A stretch of DNA of 64,000 nt from the human T2T-CHM13v2.0 reference genome, Homo sapiens. The position numbers and the translations under genes were made by a program. The notes below the pieces were generated by a model. The model saw nothing but the letters and a program-made list of their open reading frames with translations. It was not told where the DNA came from and made no database searches. Below, piece by piece: positions 14,109 to 28,036 of the stretch (position 1 is the first letter of the stretch; each line of letters opens with the position of its first letter). The stretch lies in assembly GCF_009914755.1 (NCBI RefSeq), contig NC_060926.1; one strand, written 5' to 3'.

Positions 14109-15461
14109 TTTCAGCTGTTTGTAATGCTTATCACACAAGGATTTCTCTCAAAAACCATCCTCACTGACAGCTACTTTTGCTTCCCATTTTTCCATATTAC
14201 TTGAGGAGTCTGAATATGTCCTTTTAATGTGCCTCCAGGTTTCTGTGCTTTCTCTCACACCACCAACGCTCTGTCTGGCAGAAGCTGAGACCACGGCTGC
14301 TGTCTTTCTTCCCATACTGAAAGGCTGTGCTGCACAAAGTATTGCTTCATGCTGCTTTCCTGATCCACTTTGCATAACTGCCTCGAAGAAAGCACTTTTA
14401 TGGATAATCCAAAGAGGGAAATATATTGAACATTACTTTACTTTAGCATATTTTATGGGTTAAATCCATTAAAAATACTATTACAGTGAAATTCTCTATA
14501 GAGCAAGCATTTCTCCAATTCTAACAGTGTTCAACTAGTTTTAAAGCATATTTCATACCTTGTAATTAGAAAACAACCAAATCATTAAGATAGTTTCCTA
14601 AGAACATAGATTGTAGAGGTCTGTCAGAGTTCTTGATTCAGTTTATGGAAGGGGCCTTAGAGATAATATAATCCTGGATAAGAAATAGATTCATCTTGTG
14701 TGCCAGATTTGATCAGTTGATGGTGGCTGCCTGGAGAGCTGTGTTAAGAAATAATATATGGCTAAGTCCAGACTCAGTGGAAAAAAGTGCCGGGGTTGAT
14801 TTTTTTAAATGTCTACCACGGTTAAAGAAGGGAAGAGTAGCACCATATGTACCACCTATTTGCCGACTGGGCACAGTCTCTTATTTTACAAAATTAGAGA
14901 AATTAGTCCAAGATTACATTACTAGTTAGTAGCAGAGCCCAGTCTTTTTAGCTCAGTCTCTCAATATTCCCTCAAAGGCTCTTTTCAAATGTGTTAACTG
15001 AGAGAGGCCTGCAAAAGTAGTCAAATGGAGCTTGGTATATCATCTAACTCCTGTAACTATTAGCTAAATGTGACATTTAATTAAATTATATATTCCTTTA
15101 TTAACCAAAGAATTAACAAATATTTATTGACCACATACTATGTACAAAGCAGACATGGTGCTTGGCACAGTTGATGAAGATGACATCTCAATTTGTTCTT
15201 CAGTGGTTGATCATTTTTTATACCAGAAAGGAGGAGCTAGATTGTGTCATGATTCATCTCTGGCTATGTTGTTTTGCTTTCATTCAGTACTAATTTGGTT
15301 CCCTCTTTGAATCTTATAGTCTACCACCCATAGATAAAGGAGAAGTGTTTCACTAATATCCTGTGTATATTGTCTACTTTGCTAAAAAAGTACTACCCTT
15401 TGGACTCTATGATAAATCTTGTAAAAATGGAATTATATTCAAGGGAATTAGCAGCACATTG

Positions 15462-15710
15462 TGGACCTAGTTTTTAATAACAGGTGTCTAATGTGTGCAT
15501 GTGACATGCAAAATACGCTGATGCAAATGGATGATTGCATGTGCAAAAATATGCAGATTAATGTGCAAACAGATGTTCAAATAATTTCCCATTATTGCAT
15601 GCCATTACCCTTTTTGAATGCACAACTGCATATTTTGTATACAGATATGTTTGCATTGTTTATATTTCATGTGTGCAATTTATACACATCTTTTCAAGGA
15701 CTAGTCTCCA
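15462..15710. repeat. Degenerate palindromic TGCA-rich element (ancient MITE-like)
   Basis: Perfect inverted aaaatatgcag (15546-15556) / ctgcatatttt (15626-15636), inner ttcaaa/tttgaa, and weak TIR-like ends. Octamer ATGCAAAT at 15521. Confidence 0.5.
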
Positions 15711-16879
15711 TCATGTCCCTAATTGGGAAGCCTTAACCTTCCAATGCATTTTCCATTCCCTGAGAGAGTTCTCCGCACAAAAAGGAAAATACTATGATTT
15801 ACCATTAGAAAGCTCAATATTACCAGAAGATAAATGCTAATTTTTATCTGTCTCTCTTTGTTAGAAATGTGGTCCTTTCCTATCAATACAGCTTTTGATG
15901 TCAGTGTAATAAAATGTAAAATCTGTGCAGATTCTCAAACTGTCAAAACAACAGTATGCACTTAACGAAACTTATCTAGCTCTTGGTAAGTATTTAATTT
16001 TTTTTGTTTTGTTAGTTTTTCTTACATCTTCATTCCTGCAGTTATCAGTGCTCAGAGATAGCCCCATGAAATATATCTTTGATTTTGAGGTAAAAGAAAT
16101 CTTGGCTTACGATGGACTCTTTTAGGGATTATTTTTCTGGACAATTTTAGATATGAGATCAAAAAATGGAAAATAAAATAAAGTTATAATCTCATTTTTA
16201 TGCCAAGCATTTTAGATGATTGGCTGTAAATAGCTATATTTCATTACTAAGTTGGTTTAGTGCAATTCATATATATCATTTGAAAACTAAAATCACAGAG
16301 GCTTTATATCTTTCTCTGGTAGTTGTTCCTAACATGATATTTTCAAATACTCCAAAGTATATATTTCTAGAATATTTCACCATATCACCGTTTTCGTCAA
16401 GCTGAGTTTTGGCATTAATTGATTCAACATTTTCATGTATTACTTCATTAATAGGACACTTTATTCTGCTATCATTTTTTTTCAAATTATCCCCTCCTCA
16501 AAACGCTGAAATGCATACTGCCCCACCCCCACCAGAATGGAGAGGTATCCATATCTATGTTTAAACAGCACTTAAATAATAGTTCAGGCAAGTTGGGGGA
16601 GGTAGTGGTGGGGGAGTGGAAAGAAGAAAACACAGATGATTCTATAGAGAATTACTCCTCTGTTTTATAAAGAAAAATTATGGTGAATCATCTATTATTA
16701 TGCAACTGGTAAGGTAACTATTAAAATACAGTCTCATATATTGCTACAATTTAAAAAAGTAAATGTGGTGGGGGAATTCAGTATGGTTGTTATTACTCTA
16801 AATATAGACATAGAGGTTGTGTTGGAAAGTAATATTTAAGATATAGCATCTCATTCGTGATCTCTGAAGAAAAAGTTGA

Positions 16880-18400
16880 ACATGTTTTCCACGCTGAAAC
16901 CCGAAGCAAAGCGGAGACAAGAGTTAAATGTTTGTTGGCTTTTGAGGTGCCCCTCCTCCGATGCCACTTATTATTATGAGTTCTGAGGCATTAAATCTAA
17001 AGGCCCATCAACTCACATCTTCCAGCCCTGACTGTCTGTGGACAGGACCCTGTCTGTCTGTTTCCTCTATTGCACTATTTTGTTTGTACTACTGTAATCA
17101 TTTTGCTGGCCCAGATCTGTGTGGGTGTGCTGGCAGCTTTACAACAAAGTTACATGGGAACAGAGTTAAGGTTGAATATTTATTAGAAGAAGCCATCTGG
17201 CGTCAGGCTGTCTGTACAGGGGGGCTCGTTTCTTTAGTAGGCTCTCCTCTTTCTCTAGAGCTCTTCCTCCCTTTCTCTGTCCCGTGCTCTCTCCCCCTGC
17301 TCCTCATTTCACAGTTCTGAAGAAGTTGAATGTGCCTCTCTAACCCATTAATTTTGTCCTTTGCATTTATGCTCTTACAAAAAAATCGCCAGATCGTTCT
17401 GTTTCTTTTAAATTTGTTCTTGTTTCTTGGAGGCAGCTTGTTGCTTGTTTCCATGCTGACAGTGCCCACTGAGGGACACCAATAGAAGGCAGCAGGTCCC
17501 CAACAGCAGAATAGTGGCTTCACAGGTGGGCTTACAAGTTGCCCTAAACATCCATTTTCTGTTTCTGGTTTTCTTTTCCTTTTTTCTTTTTCTTTCTTTT
17601 CTTTTTTTTTTTTCCTTTTTTTCCTCAAGTGGGCAAACTGTATAAAAGCATCTCTCTCTGGAGCCAGGTTAATGTCCACACAGGCAATAAGATGCATTCC
17701 TAGAGGATAAGTCATTTCCTCAGCCTTTGCCATCTTGCTGCACCTCAGCATCTTAATTGATTACCAACTTGTCTTTGAGGTGTTTAGTTCCTTCATTTAC
17801 CATTTTTGTATGAGTCAGTTGTTTGTTTTCCTTTTCTGTGAATGTTCCTTTCTTTCCTTTTTTTTTTTGTTGTAGCTACAACTCCCTCTGCCTCTGTGTG
17901 TTCTTCACCACTCCCCCAACAGCATCTGCTGAGAGCCTTCCTCAGCTCATGTAGCTTGTCCCATAGCTGTAAGTGTGCTTCACAAGATGCCATTATCACC
18001 AACTTGATTGAGTGATGCCTATTTTAAAATACACAGGGTATGTAACTCATGCAGCCAGACAGAGGGAGGCTCATGAGCCCAGCATCACCACTACACTTGA
18101 AAATCCATTCAGATGTGGCAATAAGTATTTTGTGAATGCAAAGGGGGCCTGTCATTCCTGTTTTGCTTCTTGTGGGATGACAGCCAAATTCTAGGTTAGC
18201 TTCAGTTACGTCCCCGTAAGTGAACTTCTCCCCCCTTACTCTGCATTGTGGGAAACCGCCCAGAGAGAGATTCCATGGGGAGACTGCACTATGGAAAAGA
18301 CGATTTCTGTAAGATCTGGTAAATCTGTAGTAATGCATTTATTCTGGTATTGGAAGAGTGGCGATTTGTTTACTCAGTTCTTTATCTTTTCCAGAGTATA
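16880..18400. promoter_or_regulatory. Candidate alternative promoter / 5'-UTR exon cluster
   Basis: No recognisable repeats. Three long polypyrimidine-AG tracts (ending 17314, 17629, 17875), TATAAAAG at 17641, AP-1 TGAGTCA at 17811, CRE-like TGGCGTCA at 17198, and several consensus donor sites. Confidence 0.4.
17876..17968 (+). other. Candidate 93-nt exon
   Basis: About 50-nt pyrimidine-rich tract ending ttgtag, and a donor GCT|GTAAGT. Confidence 0.4.
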
Positions 18401-19739
18401 GGAGTTATCACAGCAATCAGAGGGGAGAAATTAAAAGATTAGTGCAGCACTGAAAACCTCCAGTGCGGATGGGCTATTAGGAATCTAAAGAGTTCAACAA
18501 GCCTAAATCTAAGTCAGCTTCGTAACTGCTGTCTCTGCTTCATTGTAGGGCTGGATTTTTTTTTTCTTTTCCTGAGCACAGTTTTTCATCATTTTCTCAG
18601 GTGGGCTATGGACTAGCCAGTCACTTGAGTAGAGAGCCCTTATTTCAGGCAGCTTCAAATGCCTCATCATTTCTCAATGAGTTCCAGCTCCAGGAGATTT
18701 CAGTGCTGGAAGAATTGCAATAAGCTATGAAACTTTATCCCTTCTCAAGACTCTTCCGAGTCACTGGGGTACTCTGGCTTCCACGGGTAATGGTAATCGC
18801 TCCACTCACTTAGAGAAGGAAGGTACCACCTCGGGGGTCACATGACAATACCAAAGAGGTTAAATCAACTTCCAGCTGAGGTTTTACAGATACTTTTGGG
18901 ATCTTGGAATGATATTACCATATTATTGTGCTTTTACTCTTGTTTCTTTTGGCTCAGGACTGAGGGAATAGTCTTGTGTAATAGATTTACCCAGGGAAGG
19001 CTTCACCTGATGCAGGCAAGACTGGCCTCTGGCGTCACCCCGTTTTGGTTTAACAAATAAGAAGGGTCTCAAAGAGAAATGTTGTTGGTACTCTGAGACT
19101 TGTATTTATCTTTAATTTCTGGAAGACTTAGGATAAGAATGCAACACAGTATCTCTGGGGAGATGAGTATGGGATGAGAGTAATAGCTATTAAAATAAGA
19201 GAGGCGTTCAGGGAAATGACTCGTCATTTGAAGCTTTTTTTTTTTCCCTTCAAAAATCTGCCTAAAAGAGTTACCTGATTCATATACCACTGAGATATCT
19301 AATTGTGCCTATTTTTAAGAACTTATGCATCTACCTATGTTTTCCTGCAAAGACTTAATTGGATAAAGAAATAGCTTTAACCCTAATGGTCACACTAATC
19401 ATCAAGATTGAATTATGGGTTAATCACTGACAACCATAAGGAAAAAATAACTTTTTAAAAATTCTATATACCTCCTTCTAAAGAAAACAAGGCAAGGGTA
19501 TAATACCTGGTGAAATTTTTTTCTATATAGCAGATTTTCTAGACTTTCTTAAAGAATGGATTATCTATTATTAAGGATGAATAAGATTCCTGTTCTGAAG
19601 GATTTAACAATCTTACACAGGAGACCAGCAAACCAATTACTAGCAGAAATACATAAATACAATAATGACCAAAAAGTATTAGTTTTCTGCCTGTAAATTT
19701 ATCGATGCATTTTTCAGTATCTGGATATTGGAAATATGC

Positions 19740-21120
19740 CACATACTATCCTGTGTATTCTAAGCTAATTTAATACAGCCTTTCTCCTCCAGGACCTTAC
19801 AGTATAGCTTGGGAGAAGGGCATTTTCATTCCTTTTAACCAATAGAATAGAGTAATTGCCATAAAGGTGAGGAAAATAAGAAGCTAGAGGGCATGGCCAG
19901 GGAGGGCTCCACTGTTAGGTGATAATTACTCCGGGTGTTTTAGGGAGGCTTTTTTTTTTAAATCAGTTTCCAAAAGGGCAGCCCATATATAGAACATGAT
20001 CCATCTTAGAGCATAAGACACCTTACAGTAGTAGAAAAAAAAAGAAGGCCAGGACTGGATTGCAGAGGATCTCGAATGCTAAGGTAAAGAGCATTTACTT
20101 AATTTGAGGGATATTGGGCATATTTGAGTAGATAGTGATGAAATCATAGTCGTGTTGCACCACTAGTGGCCAGGATTTGGGCATCAGGACAGTGTGAAAG
20201 AAGTTAAACCAGAGTTTTATGTCTTTAGAAGCAGATTAAGGTAGGGGTAGTTATATAACAGTTGGAAAGAATGAGAAAGGAAATGAAAGCCCATATATAA
20301 AAAAAAGATTGACCAACCTCAGACAGCTTACTGGATGAGGAGGGAAAATACAAAGATGCAGTCTAGAATTCTGAGTCTGGCAAGCATTAAAGCTTTGGGA
20401 AAATTAAATAGATATCAGGAAGTCACATGAGGAAAGAAATTGCAAGGGTAAGTTGAATATTTTGATTTTAGAAGTATTGAGCTTGAGATGTCTGGCCATT
20501 ATTCAGGTGGCCAGACATCCCAAGCAAACTCAACCCACACAGCTGAAGAAAAGGAGGGGATATAGTTCAAGAGAGAATCAGCATGAAAACCAGAGATTTA
20601 TGAGTTAAATGCATCCAGGTAATAGTTAAAGATGTGAAAGTATGTGAAAGTTTCAAGGAAAAGAATATAGGACATCAGAAGAGAGGGTGGCTCAGGATAG
20701 TATATGCAGAAAAACATTGATTTAAAGAATGAGAGGAAAAAAAACAACAACAAACGAAGTAAGTATTGATTAAAAAATGATGAAAAGATGACCAAAGTCA
20801 AACAACACAGACAAAGCAAGAGTATAGCAAGGATGAAGAAAATAAAAAATAAATGAATTTATCACTTATCTGAGATAGAGCAGGCTCAGTCATTGGTGAA
20901 AAGTATTCAAGTAAAAAGCCATTCTGAAAAAGATGCATGGATGGTGACAAAGTGAGAAAGGAAAGGTTGACTGTTTGTTCAAGAAATCTGGCAGCAACAA
21001 CAGGTAGGAAATATATGCCCAGCTCAAGGGAACAGGAGAAAGTAATTTTTAAATTAGAGAAGCCTAAGCCAATTTGTTAGTAGAAGAAAGATTAAAAATC
21101 CAAGAGAGAAGATATAATGA
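19740..21120 (-). mobile_element. Fragmented L2
   Basis: Purine-rich reverse L2 body (ggatctcgaatgctaaggtaaagag; ttgagcttgagatg). Boundaries are approximate. Confidence 0.6.
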
Positions 21121-21199
21121 TAGAGCAATGTCCAAAAGCTGCCTTTGAGGCCTTTGCGTATTTTCAGGGGAATAATGTCTTTCCTTATTATTTCATAGG

Positions 21200-22860
21200 T
21201 TTTAAAAATAGTATTTCTTTTGATGATAAAAGTAACACATTTCTCAGTGAAAGCAATACAGAAAAGAAAATAAGAACAACTTTTAATTTTCCATCCAGTG
21301 ATAACCCATCTTAATCTTTGAGGGATGTATGTTTGTGTGTGTGTGTGTTTGTGTGTGTGTGTATCACAAAATTATGATTATACTATATGCAGTATGCAAT
21401 CCCATTATTTTCAGGTTCTTAAAATTTATTGAAACATTTGATTTTCATGAAGAATGTATATACATTGAATCTATGTAGAGGTAAACATTTATTTAGTCAT
21501 TCTTAATTTGGGGCTTTTAGGTGAGTCTGAACTTTGTGGTATTAAAATTATGATAAATATCTTTTTACATGTATATTTTTGCTCACCATTGCTTATTTCT
21601 TTAGGATAATAATTGGTAGAAGTAATTTCAGGAATAAAAAGATAAACATTTAGAAAACGTTTGATATAAAATTTTCAGTTAAAAAACTTCTTACAAAAAG
21701 TAAATGCTCATAAAATATTTGCCAAATGGATAGATAAGTGAACAAATAAGAACACGTACTAACTTACCCTCTAAACAGCAGCGTATTCATTTAAACCCCA
21801 ACAAACATGGAATATTATATTACACTATTTCTTTCTAATTTTGACAGAGTATCTTACAGTTCTTTTTCTTTTGTAATTAATAAATCTGCACATTGTTTTT
21901 CACATTCTTATTACCACTTTGTACTCCTATTGTAACTTGATTATGTAATTAGGCTTTTAGGCTTTACTTAGTGATTTGCGTGAGGGATTTACATGCTAGG
22001 ACTATAATAAATCTGTAAAATATTTTCATGGCCTATTGCTTGCATTTTAATCGTGTTATTTGATGTGAGAATTTCCTTTTAATATTTTGCAGTCAAGTTT
22101 TTATAGGATAGACATGTAATTTAGTTTTAAAAGTTCTAAATAGTGAATTAATTATTAACTAATATTTCCCACTAATAGATTAGGTCACTTTTCTTACATT
22201 TGATACTTTTATGTATGAATTATGATTTGTTCCTGAGGTATTTATTGTATTCCATTTTCTGTCTGCTGATTTGAGGAAAGTTCCATGCTATTTTAATTAT
22301 TGTGCTTCTATGATGCCTTTTAATATGTGATAGGAAAAGTTTCCCATCACATGCTTGTACTTTTCAGACTTCCACATCTATTCTCACCTATATATTCTTT
22401 CAGATACATTGTGTCATTGTTTTTAAGTTCAAAACAAATCCCATTGGGGATTTGTTCTGAATTCAGTATATTCTGGATATTACAATATTCAGGAAAAGGG
22501 CCTACATTTTAATTTATTCTAAACTTTATATCCTTTGGCAAACCTTAATTTCTTTCTTTATATACATTCAATATTTTCCTTGTCAAATTTTTCCTTTGTG
22601 TTTTACATTTTTTTGGTGATTATGAATGAAATCTCTTTATCTCTAAATCGTCATTACATAACATAGAAACACTGGATTTTTGTAAATATAATTGTACTTA
22701 GGCTATCAGTTTCTATTAATTATAATTTAAAATTTATTATAAAACTGGACTTTCCAGTTATACAATAATAAAATCTGCATGAAGGGATAAATATTACTCT
22801 TCAATTAAAATAGTTATACCACTTATTTTTATTCCATATTATGTTGCATTAATTGAACCT
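21200..22860 (-). mobile_element. Old L1ME fragment with internal (TG)n at about 21330-21362
   Basis: T-rich reverse L1 3' UTR and ORF2 remnants. Confidence 0.6.
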
Positions 22861-22872
22861 TCAGGAAGTTAA

Positions 22873-22915
22873 ATATATATATATATATATATGTATGTAT
22901 ATGTATGTATATATA
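22873..22915. repeat. (TA)n/(TATG)n microsatellite
   Basis: Read directly from the sequence. Confidence 0.85.
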
Positions 22916-22969
22916 CTTCATAACAACACTTTTCAGCTATATACCTTTAGAATCTGCCATTTTGCTAGC

Positions 22970-23175
22970 CGTAAAGCTTATTATATACTTAAGCACAGTG
23001 TTAGATGCTTAATCTGCCATTTCTTATTTCATCTTCAAACTAGTACATGAAGAAGGTATTCCTCATTTTACAGCTGAGCAAACTGAATGGCAGAAAGATT
23101 AAGAAACTTGACTGTGCTTGGGTAGCTAGAAAATGACAGATCAGGTATTATAACCTACCTCTCACTTTAAACTAC
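22970..23175 (-). mobile_element. MIR
   Basis: cctcattttacagctgagcaaactga..aagaaacttg. Confidence 0.7.
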
Positions 23176-26100
23176 ATGTAATACATGTATACTCAGTAGG
23201 TATTTGTTGACTGACCAAGCAAGCAAATGACTGAATGAATGGACGACTGAATGAACAAAAGATGTGGGATCAAATAGGACAAAGCACAAGAGATAGAAGT
23301 AAATTTTAGAAATCTCTTATACTTTTTCCCCTAAAAATGAAGGGATGGAAGCAAGAGAGAAAATTTGTCCTAGCAGTAGTTTTGAGATGGAGGAAATGGA
23401 ATTTAAGGACAAATATCACATGACTTTATTCTTCTCAGTGAACAAAGAAATGAAGTTGGAGTAAGGAGAATGAAGTGATTTGATGAGGGGTTGAAGACTA
23501 AAGACAGGAGAGATTGTTTGGAAAGCTACCATGGGAATGTTATTAGCAGTAAAGAAGAGATTAATAGAAGGATATCTGAATAGATGTGAGGATCCAGCAG
23601 GTGAAGTTTCAGAGTCTTATTCAGTCTGGGGATCAGCTGGTGGTGCTTTGTCAATGAGCCAAAAATCACATGTTGACTAAGGAGCTAGGCAAAGGTTCAA
23701 AGATATTAAGAGGAGAAAATAACATGAAATATGGAGTGCCTATATTATACATCCCTGAATCTGGGAACATATGCTTTGCTCCATTTTAAGCCCTATTTAT
23801 CTTTTTCTTTTCTTTTTTCTTTTTAAGAAAGGAATAGAAAAATTTGCCTAATGGACCATAAATAGTATAAAACAAACTATACCCTTAGTTATTTAATATA
23901 TATGACAAATAACTAGATATATATATTTATACATATGATATATAAAAAACATATCTTCCCTTGTTTACCCTTTTCAGGGAAAAGTAATATATAACTTTTC
24001 CCCATAGTCAATATGATATCTCAATCATTGGCTAGTTACCTTTCAACAGGATTATTACTTATCTTGTCTGTCAGTCATTACTTAATATGTCTGCTAGTTA
24101 TTTAAGTTAGATTATAATCCAGTAACATGGAAAACATTTTAAAATTAAGTAGTGGTATAAAATTTTATTAGTATCAATTTACATTTTAATAGCAGTGATA
24201 GTCTATAATGCCTATATTATTTTAATCATTAGTATAAATGTATATCTAGTCTTTTATTCAATCTTTTTATTCTCTCTCCCTTGATTTCAGTTTTTGTCTT
24301 AAAGCAGGCTATTATGTTCTGCAAACAACAGAAAGGGTAATAGCAAAACCTCAAATTAAGAAAAGTTAAAGCAGATGACTAGGTTTTATGAAGCAGCCCC
24401 ACATAGGCTATTGTTAGGACAGAAGCCACATGCCCAATGACACAATATGGCAGGATAAAGAATCATTGGTTGGGCGATATGGACACTGAGAATGTTCTGA
24501 TATTTCTGAGCGAATAGCATAGTGTCTGTTTAGAAAATTCTGGGAATGTGTCAATTAAGTGAATTAGCCACTTACTCAATTTTCTCCCCTGATGTATGCC
24601 TAGGAAAGATGATTCTGAAGCTGTCAGCGTGATGACTATCCAATGGTCAATTGGGAAGACTACCATGAAACTGCAGTTGCAAAATTTAATACGAATTGAC
24701 TCTTTCTTGTTTCAGGAGGTTAAAATGTGTCAATCAAAGAGTGTGATGAGTGGTTCCTGTGTGTATGTTGTGCTATTATTTTTGGTCCTCAGTTCACAAC
24801 AGAGATTATAATTTGCTTCTTGGTTTCATTAGAATTTTGCACATATACTAACTTCTAATGCATGTACATGTTATACAAACCATCTATATTTTGAGGTATT
24901 TCATGTTAACTAGCATTGTTCTTTACCAGTTGTTTTATAAAATATTCACCAGTATTGCCAAAAATGGCATGTTGAAGATATGATGCATGCATTAGAAGGA
25001 TTTAAGTTGATTCCTCAACTACTCAGAAAAATATTCCAGCTGTTTAAATCAGACAGAATCAAACCTAATTTACAAATTAGTGCATCATTTAAACCAAACC
25101 ATTTTTGGTGTTTTTTACTCAAACAAAATATTTTTGTTTTTCTTGACTTTTTCTTCTAAGCACTAATTTCTTCAGGCTGTTGTTAGTTCACCCAGAAGGC
25201 AAACAACTTGCTTTAGCAGGAATTTCAGTAAACAATGAGCAGATACTTTAATGTCTAATGATAAAAATGCTCAAGTATTTTATAATGATATTATATGTGA
25301 TTAAGATCATTGGAATAAAGTAAATAATACTTATATTATGATGCATTTAAAATTATTAAATGGGCTTAAGCATTAAGAATTGAGAACTAATTTGATACTT
25401 ATATCAGTTATTCTGTAGAAATTGCATCTATATTCATTTTTCACAAAATATGGCTGTATTTTAATAAAATATGGATGCCTTGCTGTTTTAGGTTTATGTC
25501 CGGAAATTATGAATATTTCCTATTTCTTTTGAGGCTGTTACTAGCACTTAGAAACATAATAAATTATCAATTATTTGGAAGTAATAATTTAAGAAAAAAG
25601 TCTTATAAAGCTATAATTAGCTAAGATAAAAATATGTTACTTTTGTTTTTGAATAATATAAAATGGACTTAAATTTGATAATAAAAGCTTGATTCTGTAA
25701 CATTTGTATATTGAGAGTATATTTGGTTCAAACTGATAATGATGATCTTCCATATCTTTGAAAATACATTGTTACATTTTCATAATATAGCAATTTTGTT
25801 ACTCTTCAATAAGAGAAAAAATATCTCCTTCAATAATTTTTCAAGATAATATAGGTTTTTGTCCGTTTGGATCATATAAAGCAAAAAAAAAAAAAAAAGA
25901 AAAGAAAAAAAGAATGGGGGTGGAGGATTTCTTTGACTTTGAATTTGAAAATAAATAGGGCAATACTTGATTAAAGACAAAATTTTGGTGATTCAGAATG
26001 TCCCAGGAATGATACCATGATGTTTGTGGGCTTTATCATTTGCATACGATGTGTGCTCTGGTTGGGCTTCATGGCCTGTTTTTACTTTTAGCTTTTGCAT

Positions 26101-27342
26101 TCCACAGGACTAAAACGTCAGCAGGGACAGTGCTAATTAATTTATAATGTTGTTTTGTGTTTCTGAACAAGGTACCTCAGTAATTAAGTGAAATATTTAT
26201 GGTGAATATAAAACAAAGCAAATTTATTTGTTTGCCTGAAAGCTAACTTGTTATTTATTTAGATTGATCTTTTGAAGGATTCTTTAAATTGAATCATAGA
26301 ATGAGGATGCATGATATTTAAAACAGAGATGGAGATAATGCTATGGATTAATGCATTAGAATATATTATGTTACACTGTAAGTCAGACAAAGGGTAATCA
26401 CAAAAACTTTGACCAAATTGGTAAGTTCTTAGTTTCGCTTGAGGAAGAGAATAAACTGTAGTGAGAGTGGATCAATAATAAATTGCAAAAGGAAAATGTA
26501 TAACTTACATATACTCTATAGTGCTCAGCACAGTCCCGTGGTTTAAAATTGTGTGTGTGACATTATAGAAGTATAGAAAAGTCATAGCTCTGTGTGCTGT
26601 TTTGTAATAAACTGTGTGACCATTTTTCTTTATACAATATATACTTAATCTGGACTTATCTCAGTCTATATTAAATGACAAGGCTGCTCTACTTTTAATG
26701 ACAGCAACTAAACTATACTTATTCTCCCAGAGGGAGAATTTCATTATTCAATAAAATATCTTCATAATCACAGGTAGAGGATTGAAACACTTACTTTCCT
26801 TGGAAACAAGGCCACATTTTTCTCATCTTTCAAGAAACAACTTTAAATGAACATTTGCAAACTTAAAAAATTTAGTTAATACCACTCTTTTTTTTTATGA
26901 TAATGATCATCAAAGTTGCAATGGAAATATTGCAAAACCAAAAGAAAACAATAAAAACTTTTATGTCAAACTGGAGGAAGAAAAAGTTGTTCCAGCCAAT
27001 GGGTTGCCGGTTTTCAAAGAAAAAAAAAATCCTCTGGAGCTGCTAGGTAGGAAATGCACTAGTCATACTGACTACATTATTCTTCGTTATGGGATTATTA
27101 TACAGTTTCTCACATTATGATACCTGGTATTGGAGATTGTATGTTGACAATGAATAGCATGGTATTAGAGATTATATGCTCGCAAATAATAATTACAGCT
27201 AACATTTATTATGTGTCAGGCATAAATCCTCATCATAATCCTATAGGAGTAACTACTTTAACTTTGCCAATGGGAAAATTGAGGCAAAGAAAAGTTAAGT
27301 ACAAAGTCCAATCTCAAATCCCTTCCAAATGAAGAAGCCAGA

Positions 27343-27707
27343 TATATTAGTCTATTCTCATGATTCCAATAAAGACATACCAGAGAGTCGGTAATTTATA
27401 AAGAAAAGAGGTTTAATGGACTCACAGTTCCACATGGCTGGGGAGGCCTCACAATCATGGTGGAAAACAAAGAAGGAACAAAGTCATGTCTCACATAGAG
27501 GCAAGCAAAGAGAGCACGTGCAGGGGAACTCTATTTTATAATACCATCAGATCTCGTGACACTTATTCACCATCATGAGAACAGCATGGGAAAGACCTGC
27601 CCCCATGATTCAATTACCTCCTACTGGTTCCCTCCCATGACATGTAGGAATTATGGGAGCTACAATTCAAGATGAGATTTGGGTGGGGACATAGCCAAAC
27701 CATACCT
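27343..27707 (-). mobile_element. THE1 (B/C-like) solo LTR inserted in a MIR
   Basis: THE1 consensus (gaggtttaatggactcacagttccacatggctggggaggcctcacaatcatgg; gatgagatttgggtggggac). 5-bp TSD ccaga at 27338-27342 and 27708-27712. MIR sequence lies on both sides. Confidence 0.93.
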
Positions 27708-27839
27708 CCAGATTAGAATCCAAGTAATATGCCCCATAGCTTTATTATCTGTCACAAGACATCATTTGAAAAAATAAATCTGTTTCAGGACTATATCAAA
27801 ACAAAGTAATGGGACAATTGCTAGCCTAGGCCTACCTGG

Positions 27840-28036
27840 TAACCTCTAGCCACACAAGGCTATTTAAGCTTAAATTTGTGTTAATTAAAAAGAAATAAAA
27901 TTAAACAGTTGTTTTCTTAATCACACTAGCCAAAGTTCAAGTTCTTAATAGCCACATATGAGCAATGACTACTTTTTTGGATAATACAGATATAGAACAT
28001 TTCTAACAATGCAGAAATTTCTACTGGACAGCACTA
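27840..28036. mobile_element. MER3-like hAT DNA transposon
   Basis: cacactagccaaagttcaagttcttaatagccacatatg..gatatagaacatttct..ctactggacagcact. Confidence 0.75.

Noticed and set aside
17203-17751. Longest ORF (182 aa, minus strand)
   Set aside because: The K/R/E-rich low complexity comes from reading the complement of pyrimidine tracts. No recognisable protein.
16880-18400. Assigning a host gene symbol
   Set aside because: None of the candidate exon peptides matched a protein I can recognise, so any name would be a guess.
24716-24760. Possible + strand exon after ttcttgtttcag
   Set aside because: The acceptor is plausible but there is no good donor and the peptide is unrecognised.
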